Shown: piece by piece, positions 1 through 9,011 of the stretch
Layout: each line of letters opens with the position of its first letter
Numbering within the stretch: position 1 is the first letter of the stretch
Source: an uncultured Desulfobacteraceae bacterium
GTDB lineage: Bacteria > Desulfobacterota > DSM-4660 > Desulfatiglandales > B25-G16
NCBI GenBank assembly: GCA_964434795.1
Contig: CAYSWP010000001.1
Coordinates: 1,363 to 40,020, forward strand
Direction of reading: 5' to 3'
DNA length: 38,658 bases
Program-made: the position numbers and the translations under genes
Notes under the pieces: model-generated
What the model saw: the letters and a program-made list of their open reading frames with translations, nothing else
Databases searched by the model: none
Told to the model about the DNA's origin: nothing

Positions 1-531
1 GAAATGGAAATTTTAGATACATCTGTAAACAATGTGCGTTTTCAGTTAAGCGGGTCCAGCGCAATTCTCAAATCAATCAGTCCAGACCAGGTACAGGTCC
101 GTTTAGACCTTAACAAAGCAGTTGTTGGAAAAAATTCATTTACCATAACAAATAAAAATGTAACTCTGCCGCCTGGTGTTCTGTTAAAGGCGATAGAACC
201 AAACGTCATAGACGTTGCCCTTGACGAACAGGTGGAAAAAGAACTGCCCATCCAGGTTGACTGGGTTGGCAAATTTCCCTCCCATCTAATTCTCACCATG
301 GTAAAAATAAAACCTGAAAAAACTGTTGTCACAGGAGGACGTAGTATACTTGAAAAACTTTCAACAATATATACGGAAAAAGTAAGGCTTGATAAGATAG
401 AAAAAACAGGTGAAATTAACGTCAGCCTGGCACTAAACCCTGCGTCTTTAAAGGTTGTCCAGGGATCAAATGAACAGATTAAAGTAACATACGTTGTAAA
501 AGAAAGACCCTCTTACCTTATGGAAAGATAA
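1..531 (+). CDS. YbbR-like domain protein (CdaR-type), C-terminal part; the 5' end lies outside the window
   Basis: The frame is open from base 1, and GAA precedes the first ATG at 4. It shows tandem YbbR-type units of short alternating beta-strand pattern (V.V.L..., VTLPPGV, P.VIDV.L). Stop at 529-531. Confidence 0.6.
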   Translation, partial: EMEILDTSVNNVRFQLSGSSAILKSISPDQVQVRLDLNKAVVGKNSFTITNKNVTLPPGVLLKAIEPNVIDVALDEQVEKELPIQVDWVGKFPSHLILTMVKIKPEKTVVTGGRSILEKLSTIYTEKVRLDKIEKTGEINVSLALNPASLKVVQGSNEQIKVTYVVKERPSYLMER

Positions 532-552
532 ATGCGATAAGGACTTTAGCAA

Positions 553-1191
553 ATGAAAATATACCTGAAAGATACTCCTACTATCGATGTACACAATACA
601 ATCATAGTTGAAAAGGCAAAGGAAATTATTAGGGATTGCCCTAATGAGGAAGAAAAAGCAGTAAGACTCTTTTATTTTGTAAGGGACTCCATCAAATATA
701 ATATATACATGATCTCTACATTTATTGAGGACTTCAGGGCTTCAAAAATTCTTGATTGGAAAAAAGGGTACTGTGTGCAGAAGGCTGTGCTCCTTACAGC
801 CCTTGGAAGGGCCGCAGATATACCTACACGTCTGGCCTTTGCCAAAATAAAAAATCATGCCTTGCCTCCCCATCTTTTTAAAATGTTTAAAACCAATATC
901 TTCCCCCGCCATGGTTACAATCAATTCTTCTTGAATGGAAAGTGGGTAAGCGCAGCTGCAACTTTTGACAAAGTCCTCTGCGAGAAAAACGGATTGCCTA
1001 CTGTGGAATTTGATGGAAAAAGTGATGCGATCCTACCGGAGACAGATTTAAAGGGTGCACCTTATATAGAATATATAGAGAAGTTTCCTCCCAAAGAAGA
1101 TCTCCCATTTGACTGGATTAAAGAAAGGGTTTCGCAGTTAGTGGGCTCGGATAAGAGGCCATGGTTGAATAAAAATCAAGAAAAAAACTAA
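553..1191 (+). CDS. Transglutaminase-like (cysteine protease fold) family protein
   Basis: It has a Cys-His-Asp core pattern typical of Transglut_core: KKGYCVQKAVLLTALGRAADIPTRL ... RHGYNQFFLNGKWVSAAATFD. It starts 21 nt after the YbbR-like gene. Confidence 0.65.
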   Translation: MKIYLKDTPTIDVHNTIIVEKAKEIIRDCPNEEEKAVRLFYFVRDSIKYNIYMISTFIEDFRASKILDWKKGYCVQKAVLLTALGRAADIPTRLAFAKIKNHALPPHLFKMFKTNIFPRHGYNQFFLNGKWVSAAATFDKVLCEKNGLPTVEFDGKSDAILPETDLKGAPYIEYIEKFPPKEDLPFDWIKERVSQLVGSDKRPWLNKNQEKN

Positions 1192-1356
1192 AATTGATAA
1201 AGAAAGAGTAACCCCTGAAGAAAAAATGTTAACCTCCCTTAACCCTTTGGTGCCGGATTATTTCATTTCAAGTAAATCCTGATTAGAATAATTATCCCTT
1301 TTCACCCTTAATGAATCCCCTCCACACACTTGTTACACCAGTTTATCGCTTATCCG

Positions 1357-1384
1357 TTGAATACAACATATTCATTAGTATACT
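1357..1384 (+). promoter_or_regulatory. Candidate sigma70-type promoter for the 1441-8161 cluster
   Basis: TTGAAT (1357-1362), a 16-nt spacer, then TATACT (1379-1384), about 57 nt upstream of the TTG start at 1441. This is a pattern match only. Confidence 0.35.
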
Positions 1385-1440
1385 AATCCTGTAATCAACA
1401 AACATGGATACTTTAAAAGAAACTAAAAAGGGAGGCTAAA

Positions 1441-2106
1441 TTGAGAAACCGATTTTACTCAGATCATAGGATAATGTGTCATCTATTTTTCGCTGCACTA
1501 CTTTTTTTGGCAACTCCAGTATGGGCCAAGGACTGGCACGGACTGCACGATTTGACCGATGTGCAATTGTCAGAAAAGATCTCTGGATTTCAAAAGGACC
1601 TGGATCAAAACCCCTCTGATTATGAAGTACTCAAAGCCCTTGGCATCGCCTATCATATAAAGGCGATAAAAAATGCCAAAGAGTATGCACCCAGGGCAGT
1701 TGAGTATTTAACCATGGCCTATGAGATAAATAAAAAGGATAACGAAACCATGTGTTATCTGGGAAGCGCCTTCACAATGATGGCCAAGACCACCTGGAAT
1801 CCTATAAGTAAAATGTCTTATGTTAATAAGGGGGCCGGCTTAATGGATAAGGCAGTAAAAAGAGATCCTGACAATGTCTCTGTGCGAATGACAAGGGCCA
1901 GCAATTCAAAAAATCTCCCTTCTTTTCTTAACAGGGGAGATATAGCATTGGAGGATTTTGAGTATCTGGTCGGATTAATCGAAAAGAATCCTGAATCTCT
2001 AACATCAATAAAAAAGAAGGTTTACTCAAACCTTGCCGAGCTATACATAAAGGCCGGAGATCAAGCCAAGGCGGATAAATTCCGGAAACAATCTGAGAAT
2101 TTGTAA
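1441..2106 (+). CDS. Secreted TPR-like repeat protein
   Basis: The TTG start has GGAGG 5 nt upstream. The signal peptide is LFFAALLFLATPVWA|KD. The body is helical-repeat-like with TPR-style A/Y/L spacing. The ABC ATPase gene follows 18 nt downstream. Confidence 0.55.
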   Translation: MRNRFYSDHRIMCHLFFAALLFLATPVWAKDWHGLHDLTDVQLSEKISGFQKDLDQNPSDYEVLKALGIAYHIKAIKNAKEYAPRAVEYLTMAYEINKKDNETMCYLGSAFTMMAKTTWNPISKMSYVNKGAGLMDKAVKRDPDNVSVRMTRASNSKNLPSFLNRGDIALEDFEYLVGLIEKNPESLTSIKKKVYSNLAELYIKAGDQAKADKFRKQSENL

Positions 2107-2124
2107 GAAAGGAGGGTTAGAATC

Positions 2125-2811
2125 ATGTCACTAATTGAAATGAGAGATATTAAAAAAGATTACCTGATGGGGGAAACGTCTGTACATGCCCTGAGAGGTG
2201 TTGATTTGAGTATTGATAAAGGAGAGTTTATAGCTATATGGGGGCCTTCCGGCTCAGGCAAGACCACCTTGTTAAATCTTATTGGCGCCATTGATGAACC
2301 ATCCTCAGGGCAATTGTTTGTCGAGGGCCAGGAAGTTGTCCAATTATCTGACAATATGCGCGCTGAACTTAGAAATAGATCCATCGGTTTTATCTTTCAA
2401 GGGTTTAACCTGATTCCGGTTCTTTCTGCCCTTGAAAATGTAATGCTGCCCCTTGAGATAAGGGGTGCATCATCCTCCGAGGCTAGGGGCAGGGCCCTCA
2501 GTCGTCTTGATGAAGTGGGCCTATCCGATTTTGTCAGACACCGGCCGGATAAGATGTCCGGCGGCCAACAGCAGCGGGTTGCTATTGCAAGGGCCCTGGT
2601 AACGAATCCATCCCTGGTCATTGCCGATGAACCAACAGCCAATCTGGACACCGCCACATCAAAGAAGATCATTGGACTTATGCGGGATCTCAATGAAAAG
2701 GAAAAAACTACCTTTGTTTTTTCCACCCATGACCAGAGGCTTCTGGGCCAGGTGGAGCGTCTGGTTCGCCTGGAGGATGGAAAGATTGTAAATGGAGGAG
2801 GTAAAAAATGA
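2125..2811 (+). CDS. ABC transporter ATP-binding protein (MacB/LolD/FtsE-type)
   Basis: Walker A is GPSGSGKTT, the ABC signature is MSGGQQQRVAIARAL and Walker B is LVIADEPT. GGAGGG lies upstream of the ATG. Confidence 0.9.
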   Translation: MSLIEMRDIKKDYLMGETSVHALRGVDLSIDKGEFIAIWGPSGSGKTTLLNLIGAIDEPSSGQLFVEGQEVVQLSDNMRAELRNRSIGFIFQGFNLIPVLSALENVMLPLEIRGASSSEARGRALSRLDEVGLSDFVRHRPDKMSGGQQQRVAIARALVTNPSLVIADEPTANLDTATSKKIIGLMRDLNEKEKTTFVFSTHDQRLLGQVERLVRLEDGKIVNGGGKK

Positions 2812-4046
2812 ACAAATGGATAAAGATAGCACTTCGCAACATACTGAAAAATAGGCGCAGGTCATTTGTAACCCTTTTGGCCATTGCCATTGGATTTGCG
2901 GCCGTAAGCCTCTTTCGGGGATATATACATAACACATATCAAGGACTCAGACAGTCCGCTATCAGAGGAGAAGGTCTGGGCCATCTTACCATTTATAAAA
3001 AAGGGTGGATAGAAAAGGGAAAAATCGATCCAGATCGATACATGTTTTCACAAGAAGAGATTCAACGGATAATTGATATAGTGGAGGGGGACGATGATGT
3101 CATTCTGGCCACACCTCAGATACATATCTCAGGCCTTGTTTCTAATGGACATATCTCTACAATATTTCTGGCAAAGGGCGTGAAACCCAGCGATGATAAG
3201 ACAATAAAGGGCGCCTGGGCCGCCTTCCGCCCGGTAAAAGGAGATGCGCTTAGCAAGAAAAAACAATATGGCGTGGAGATGGCAGAGGATTTGGCTAAAC
3301 ACCTAAATCTGAAACCGGGGATGGATGGAGTGGTTATGGCCACCACCCTTGACGGCCAGATGAATGCGCTGGATATAGAAGTGGCGGGCATCTATGACAC
3401 CGGTTCAGATGCTACCAACGACAAATACATGCGTTTTCCCTTTACATATGCTCAATCTCTGTATGACACGGAGAAGGCAGACCGGTTGGTGGTATTGCTT
3501 GACAGTTGGGAAAAAACGGAGCGAACTCGTAACCGGTTGCTCAGCAACTTGTCAAAGGCGGGGTTGCAGTGCAAAATAAGGACGTGGAATGAGCTTTCCC
3601 TGTTTTATTCCAAGGTGAAAGGGATGTTCGACATGATCTTCATGTTTATATTTAGTATAGTGTTTATCATTGTGGTGATGAGTGTGGTTAATACCATGGG
3701 AATGGCAGTGCTGGAGAGAACCAGAGAGATAGGCACTCTTAGGGCCTTTGGTCTGAAGCGCCGGGGCGTGAGCCTTCTTTTTGCCATAGAGGGAGCATTA
3801 CTGGGCTTTCTGGGGAGTATTTTGGGGCTGGTTTTAAATATAGTAGTATGGGCAGTCATCCGGATAATTGAACCAAGTTATATTCCACCTGGAGTGTCAA
3901 CGTCTGTCCCTTTAATCGTTAATCTGGTGCCCCAGGCCATGCTGACCTTGATGGTGTTTCTGATTCTACTCTCATTAGTAGCTGCCATTCTTCCGGCCAG
4001 ACGCGCGGCAAGACTTAATGTGGTAGATGCCTTAGGGCATGTGTGA
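2808..4046 (+). CDS. ABC transporter permease, FtsX family with a large periplasmic domain (MacB/LolCE architecture)
   Basis: It overlaps the ATPase gene by ATGA. It has an N-terminal TM helix (FVTLLAIAIGFAAVSLF), a periplasmic region of about 230 aa, and a C-terminal FtsX bundle (REIGTLRAFGLKRRGV...). Confidence 0.85.
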   Translation: MNKWIKIALRNILKNRRRSFVTLLAIAIGFAAVSLFRGYIHNTYQGLRQSAIRGEGLGHLTIYKKGWIEKGKIDPDRYMFSQEEIQRIIDIVEGDDDVILATPQIHISGLVSNGHISTIFLAKGVKPSDDKTIKGAWAAFRPVKGDALSKKKQYGVEMAEDLAKHLNLKPGMDGVVMATTLDGQMNALDIEVAGIYDTGSDATNDKYMRFPFTYAQSLYDTEKADRLVVLLDSWEKTERTRNRLLSNLSKAGLQCKIRTWNELSLFYSKVKGMFDMIFMFIFSIVFIIVVMSVVNTMGMAVLERTREIGTLRAFGLKRRGVSLLFAIEGALLGFLGSILGLVLNIVVWAVIRIIEPSYIPPGVSTSVPLIVNLVPQAMLTLMVFLILLSLVAAILPARRAARLNVVDALGHV

Positions 4047-4128
4047 TGCATTTACGATTTTCGATTGACGATTCAAATAATTCACTTCAATCTTCAATAG
4101 CCAATCGACAACCTATAGGAGGATACTG

Positions 4129-4899
4129 ATGAATTTCAAGTTTCAAGTTTCAAGTTTCAAGCTCACAGTCTTGCTTGTGATTTTATTTTCTGTAATTGTG
4201 TTTCATATAAAACCGGTGCTCGCAGAAATGACACCCAAAGAGGTTCTTTCAAAGGCAGACGAGGCCAGGGGGAATGTGGAAGGTGTGGAGTGGGAGATCA
4301 AGATTGAATCTGTAGAAAATGGCCGCAAACAGTATAGGACCCTAAATATAAAGGCTCGCGATTTCAATTCCCTTGCAGAATTTCTCTCGCCCCCCAGGGT
4401 GAAGGGGCGTAACTTATTGATGATTGATCGAAATATGTGGTTCATGAAACCTGGTTTGAGGAAACCAGTTCCCATCTCCCCCAGGCAGAAACTGATGGGT
4501 GGTGCTTCCAATGGCGATATCGCTTCAACCAACTATGCCGGAGACTATGATGCAACTCTTGTGTCCGAAGATACAGTTAATGGAGAGGCGTGCTACCTTT
4601 TTAATCTGGTCGCTAACAATAAAAAGGTTACTTATAATCGGATCAGGTACTGGATTTCCAAGGAGCGCCTTATTGGCGTAAAAGCGGAGTTTTTCACAGT
4701 ATCCGGCAAGATGTTTAAATCAGCAACCTTTGAGTATGAGAACAGTGTCCTGATCCAGGGGAAACCGAAACTCTTTGTTTCTAAGATGGTCATTACAGAC
4801 GCTGTAGTAAAAAGTAATGTTACCACCATGAATTACAGCAATGTCAGGATCAAGAAAATCCCGGATTCGGCCTTTAACCTGAATCTGTTGGTGAGATGA
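4129..4899 (+). CDS. LolA-like periplasmic protein (outer-membrane lipoprotein-sorting protein family)
   Basis: GGAGG lies 7 nt upstream. The signal peptide ends VLA|EM, which looks like SPase I cleavage with no lipobox Cys. Size and sequence resemble the LolA_like proteins that accompany FtsX-type ABC pairs. Confidence 0.6.
   Translation: MNFKFQVSSFKLTVLLVILFSVIVFHIKPVLAEMTPKEVLSKADEARGNVEGVEWEIKIESVENGRKQYRTLNIKARDFNSLAEFLSPPRVKGRNLLMIDRNMWFMKPGLRKPVPISPRQKLMGGASNGDIASTNYAGDYDATLVSEDTVNGEACYLFNLVANNKKVTYNRIRYWISKERLIGVKAEFFTVSGKMFKSATFEYENSVLIQGKPKLFVSKMVITDAVVKSNVTTMNYSNVRIKKIPDSAFNLNLLVR
4134..4161 (+). repeat. Perfect tandem heptanucleotide repeat (TTTCAAG)x4 inside codons 2-11 of the LolA-like CDS
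   Basis: Read directly from the sequence: atgaa-tttcaag-tttcaag-tttcaag-tttcaag-ctc. Confidence 0.95.
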
Positions 4900-4900
4900 G

Positions 4901-6292
4901 GTGAATCGAAAATCGCAAATCCCCCATCTTCAAGCCAGCGGACTTCGGCCCTTGTACCTCACATCCATTCTTGTTGCATGCCTTTTGTGGTGGCCTGCCT
5001 TTTCCATGGCCTCGGGACTTGGCTTTGACCGGGAGAAGGAGGATAACAAAGGACTGCCCGGTCTATGGGATGAAGTGTCCGAGGGCTTCGAATACAGCCT
5101 GAGAATGCTGACCTTTGGTGCGTATCAGGGTGTGGCGGATTCTTCTCAGAACCCTGATAACAACTTTTTTCAGATACCGCGCTATGTGGCTGATCTGGAA
5201 CTACGCCCGGATGCGCGACTGAATTTCAGGAGATTGGATCTAAGCGTAAAACCCAGAGGGAACATTGAATGGATGGCATGGGAGGATGGGGTGAAAGAAG
5301 GAGAAAGCGATTTGAATGATGACTGGTTTGTTAATGAATGGCTGGCCAGGATACGGGTGACCGAAAAACTGTTTGTCTCGTATGGCCGGGAAAACTTGCA
5401 GTGGGGCCCTTCTTACCTCTTTTCCCCTTCCAATCCTTTCTTTCGGGATAACGGCCGGAGCAACCCAAAACAGGAGGTGCCCGGAATGGATTTTGCCCGT
5501 CTTGTCTGGCTGCCGGCAATGTCATGGACCATCTCTTTTATCGCCAATATAGATGAAGGGCGTCAGGAGTTTCGTTTTTTTGAATTTGACAAGATCTATG
5601 CAGTAAAACTTGATTATTCAGGGCAGGAAGCATATGCGAGCATAATCCTGTCACATCAGGAGAGTGACAGGAACAGGCTGGGGGTCTTCGGAGGCTGGAC
5701 TGCCACGGATGCACTTTTGATATATGGAGAAGAGACTATATCCAGGGGCACCAATGCACTCTATCCCATAAAGGCTAATAACCCTTTTGGAGCGTCCATG
5801 GAGGAAGTAGATGATCAAGATCTATCCTTGAAGGGAACCGTTCTGGCTGGGGGCTCCTACACCCTTGAAGTGGGGCCTACCCTGACAGTAGAATATGTAT
5901 ATAACGGAACTGGATATAGCGATGGGGAAGCAGATCTTTATTACCAGCTAAGACAGGCGGCTGCGGATGCCTATAGTCTTTCAGGGCCAATCGGGGATTT
6001 GTCCAGATTGACTCTCAGCCGGACGGCAGACCCCAAGCTGAGATTCCTGAGACGGAACTATATTATGTTACAATACCAGCAGAATGATATTAGGGATGTA
6101 CTCAATCTTACTTTCCGCTGGACTCGCAACATAGATGACGGCTCCGGGCAGTTTATAGCCATTATGGAGTACTACATAGGAGAACACACCATGATCTTCT
6201 CCATTGGAGGTATCAACTCCGGGAGCAGCGATACAGAATTCGGAACTATTCTGGACCGTCATTGCATGATAGGAGTGGAGTATACGTTCTAG
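4901..6292 (+). CDS. Uncharacterised outer-membrane beta-barrel protein (DUF1302-like by motif)
   Basis: The GTG start is 1 nt after the upstream stop. The signal peptide ends FSMA|SG. It shows an alternating-hydrophobic strand pattern and a C-terminal aromatic residue (...VEYTF). The motif YGRENLQWGPSYLFSPSNPF resembles the G-R-x-x-x-x-W-G motif of DUF1302-type barrels. Confidence 0.5.
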   Translation: MNRKSQIPHLQASGLRPLYLTSILVACLLWWPAFSMASGLGFDREKEDNKGLPGLWDEVSEGFEYSLRMLTFGAYQGVADSSQNPDNNFFQIPRYVADLELRPDARLNFRRLDLSVKPRGNIEWMAWEDGVKEGESDLNDDWFVNEWLARIRVTEKLFVSYGRENLQWGPSYLFSPSNPFFRDNGRSNPKQEVPGMDFARLVWLPAMSWTISFIANIDEGRQEFRFFEFDKIYAVKLDYSGQEAYASIILSHQESDRNRLGVFGGWTATDALLIYGEETISRGTNALYPIKANNPFGASMEEVDDQDLSLKGTVLAGGSYTLEVGPTLTVEYVYNGTGYSDGEADLYYQLRQAAADAYSLSGPIGDLSRLTLSRTADPKLRFLRRNYIMLQYQQNDIRDVLNLTFRWTRNIDDGSGQFIAIMEYYIGEHTMIFSIGGINSGSSDTEFGTILDRHCMIGVEYTF

Positions 6293-6369
6293 GAATTGTA
6301 TCTCTCTTCGTCATTGCATGAATCAGGACTTGAAGTTTGGCAGCATAACAGGATACAGTAAAAAATATT

Positions 6370-7407
6370 ATGGAAAATGGATTGGTAAATATAACTCGAA
6401 GGCACGTTTTCGGATCTCTTTCCTATACGATGCTTTTTAGCACCTTCATAGCCCTCATCTTGACGGGTATCAAATTCGGGGGCGGGTTTGTTGAAAACTT
6501 AATCATCTCGCAATGCATCGGCATCTCCATATGTTTATTGGTCTTGACCGGGCTCCACCTTTTTAGACCTGCAAACCCGTTATTTATGCTGGTTGTGGTC
6601 ATGGTAGCCATTATCATAGGGACAGTCGTTGGTTGGACATTAGGATCTATGGCCGCAGGTCTTTCGGTATCCCTGTTTGATCAGCGCTTCATTCCGGTGA
6701 TTATCCTTGGAATCATGTTTGGGTCCATAATCAGTTACTTCTTTTTCTCGCGTGAAAGAATCTCCCAGACGGAGATACTGGTTCAGGAAGAAAGGATAAA
6801 GAGGCTTACCAGTGAAAAAAAGGCCGTAGAAAGCAACTTGAGGCTACTCCAGGCTCAGATCGAGCCTCACTTTTTATTCAATACCCTGTCTAATATCATG
6901 AGCCTGCTTGAAACCGACCTGGAAAAAGGAAAATCCATGCTCGCGGATTTCATCCAATACCTGCGAATGGCCCTTCCAAAGACAAGGGGAAAGACAACTA
7001 CCATAGGCCAGGAAATAAAGATGATGCAAGCCTATCTCAACATCTTTAAGGTTAGGATGGGAGATAGACTGCGTTACAGACTCGATATCCCGGATAAGAT
7101 AAATGACATTCCATTTCCTCCAATGTTGATTCAACCATTGGTGGAAAATGCCATAAAGCATGGACTGGAACCAAAAATCGAGGGTGGGGAGGTGTTCATA
7201 CATGGAGAAGAAAATGAGGAGATGCTCCGATTGGAGATCGCCGATACCGGTGTGGGGTTTTACGAAGATGGGAATTTCGGTACGGGTCTTTCCAACATCA
7301 GGGAGCGTTTACAATCATTATATGGTGGCAAAGGACGCTTGATCTTAGAAGAAAACCGGCCATGCGGCCTGAAAGCTATTATTGAGGTCCCCCGTGCAAG
7401 AGATTAA
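6370..7407 (+). CDS. Sensor histidine kinase, LytS/YehU family
   Basis: It has several N-terminal TM helices, the His-box IEPHFLFNTLSNI, the N-box LVENAIKHG, and G-boxes DTGVGF and GTGLSNIRERL. Confidence 0.8.
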   Translation: MENGLVNITRRHVFGSLSYTMLFSTFIALILTGIKFGGGFVENLIISQCIGISICLLVLTGLHLFRPANPLFMLVVVMVAIIIGTVVGWTLGSMAAGLSVSLFDQRFIPVIILGIMFGSIISYFFFSRERISQTEILVQEERIKRLTSEKKAVESNLRLLQAQIEPHFLFNTLSNIMSLLETDLEKGKSMLADFIQYLRMALPKTRGKTTTIGQEIKMMQAYLNIFKVRMGDRLRYRLDIPDKINDIPFPPMLIQPLVENAIKHGLEPKIEGGEVFIHGEENEEMLRLEIADTGVGFYEDGNFGTGLSNIRERLQSLYGGKGRLILEENRPCGLKAIIEVPRARD

Positions 7408-8161
7408 AGCAATCATTGCCGATGACGAAGATCAATTAAGGAGCTATCTGAAATCACGGCTTTCTGAGGTATGGCCGGAACTTGTTATATGTGGTGAGGC
7501 CAGAAACGGCCAGGAGGCTTTAGAATTGATAGAGGAGTATCGACCCCATATCGCCTTTCTCGACATCCGGATGCCTGGCCTTTCCGGGATGGAAGTAGCA
7601 AAGAGGATTGTGGGATCCAGTTGGGTTGTTTTTATTACCGCTTATGATAAGTATGCAGTAGAGGCTTTTGAAAACGAAGCTATTGATTACCTGCTGAAGC
7701 CGGTAACCCATGAGAGGCTGGAAAAGGCGGTCAAAAGGCTCCAAAAACAGATTGCCGCCTCTATAAAACCTCCATTGGATATGCCCGAGATTGTGGAGCG
7801 GGCAATAGCCGGATTGTACAAGAAAGAAAAACCGGGCTATCTGCGGTGGATTAGAGCCCAGCACGGAGATGGTATCCGCCTTATCCCAGTGGATGAGGTA
7901 TGTTACTTTAAGGCCAGTGACAAATACACGTTGGTATTAACAAAAGAGAGTGAATTACTCATCAAGAAGGCTATTAAAGAGCTTGTCGATGAACTGGATC
8001 CCGATCAGTTTTGGCGCATTCATCGGGGTACTATTGTCAATGCCCGTTACATTGCCAAAGTAAGCCATTCGTTGACCGGACGCGGCATAGTGAAGCTAAA
8101 GGATCGGCCGGAATTGCTTACAGTGAGCAGGAGCTGCATTCATATCTTTAAACAGATGTAG
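7382..8161 (+). CDS. LytTR/AlgR-family response regulator
   Basis: The receiver domain shows IIADDE, FLDIRMPGLSG and TAYDKYA. The C-terminal LytTR domain shows FWRIHRGTIVN. The ORF-track start is TTG at 7382, but GTG at 7394 (VQEIKAIIADDE) is an equally plausible start. It overlaps the kinase gene. Confidence 0.85.
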   Translation: MRSPVQEIKAIIADDEDQLRSYLKSRLSEVWPELVICGEARNGQEALELIEEYRPHIAFLDIRMPGLSGMEVAKRIVGSSWVVFITAYDKYAVEAFENEAIDYLLKPVTHERLEKAVKRLQKQIAASIKPPLDMPEIVERAIAGLYKKEKPGYLRWIRAQHGDGIRLIPVDEVCYFKASDKYTLVLTKESELLIKKAIKELVDELDPDQFWRIHRGTIVNARYIAKVSHSLTGRGIVKLKDRPELLTVSRSCIHIFKQM

Positions 8162-8252
8162 CAAATTTGGTATTGTCCGTTGATAGTTGTCAGTTGCTTG
8201 TTGGGAATACAGGCCGGAATAACGTAGTAAGACTTATCAGGATAGAGATAAT

Positions 8253-8999
8253 TTAAACCTCTCTTAACTCTTTTACAGCCGAGACAACCTGTGATACTCG
8301 TTCTGTGGCCTTGCCCTGGAGAAAGATATCGGTAGTACTATCTGTTAGTACCGTTCTTTCCAAATTTAACTCTATTATTTTGGCGCCTGTCTGTCTGGCA
8401 AGCCTCGGGAGTATGTTAAAGGGTGATACAACAGCTGATGTACCTATTATTAACAAAGCCTGACAGGAGGCGGCTAATTTAGAGCTCCTCTCCATGGCTA
8501 CAAGTGGAATTGCCTCTCCGAAAAAAATTACATCCGGTTTAAGTATCTTTCCGCACTCGCATTTAGGTGGATATTCACCTTTTTTTTCCTTGTAATCATA
8601 GGTTTTTTTGCACCATAGACAGGTAAGGGTGCTAGAATTGCCATGGTATTCAATAACGTCTTTTGAGCCGGCTTCCTGATGTAGATTATCTATATTCTGG
8701 GTTATGACAGCATTAAGAAAGCCCATGCTTTCTAACTTGGCAAGTCCTACATGTGCATCGTTCGGTTTTGCCTTGCCTACAATTTCCTCCATTTCTTTCA
8801 GCATTTGCCAAACCTTTTCCGGATTATCCCGGAATGCATAAATTGATGCGTATTCCTCAGGATCAAACCTGCTCCACAGCCCCTCTTTGCTCCTGAAGTC
8901 AGGTATGCCGGACTCCACTGAAATACCAGCGCCGGTAAGGGCAATAGTTGCCCTTGACTCTATAATAACCTTGGCGGCATTTTCAATTGATTCTTTCAT
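8253..8999 (-). CDS. cobB: NAD-dependent protein deacylase, Sir2 family
   Basis: It carries GAGISVESGIPDFRS, TQNIDNLH and a Zn-ribbon Cys pair-of-pairs (CLWC ... CECG). Confidence 0.85.
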   Translation of the reverse strand: MKESIENAAKVIIESRATIALTGAGISVESGIPDFRSKEGLWSRFDPEEYASIYAFRDNPEKVWQMLKEMEEIVGKAKPNDAHVGLAKLESMGFLNAVITQNIDNLHQEAGSKDVIEYHGNSSTLTCLWCKKTYDYKEKKGEYPPKCECGKILKPDVIFFGEAIPLVAMERSSKLAASCQALLIIGTSAVVSPFNILPRLARQTGAKIIELNLERTVLTDSTTDIFLQGKATERVSQVVSAVKELREV

Positions 9000-9011
9000 A
9001 AATTATACTTA

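Noticed and set aside
1192-1440. LytTR-type direct-repeat binding sites upstream of the cluster (TTAACC at about 1237 and 1247; CAGTTTATC and CCGTTGAAT near 1340-1362).
   Set aside because: The repeat spacing does not match the roughly 21-nt centre-to-centre geometry of known LytTR sites, and the repeats are short. This is speculation only.
1534-1548. A sigma54-like TGGCACG...TGCA string.
   Set aside because: The GG-to-GC spacing is 7 nt rather than the 10 nt required, and it lies inside the TPR-protein coding region.
6257-6321. A 13-nt direct repeat cgtcattgcatga at 6257-6269 (end of the barrel CDS) and at 6309-6321 (intergenic).
   Set aside because: The similarity does not extend beyond 13 nt on either side, and there is no inverted partner or recognisable function. 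It is possibly a small duplication scar and is not strong enough to report as a finding.
1441-8161. The possibility that the envelope cluster is a horizontally acquired island, based on higher GC content.
   Set aside because: Spot counts of 60-nt lines gave 33-58% GC scattered throughout the whole window, including high values inside htrA and the oxidoreductase genes. I cannot support a compositional boundary without a proper sliding-window calculation.
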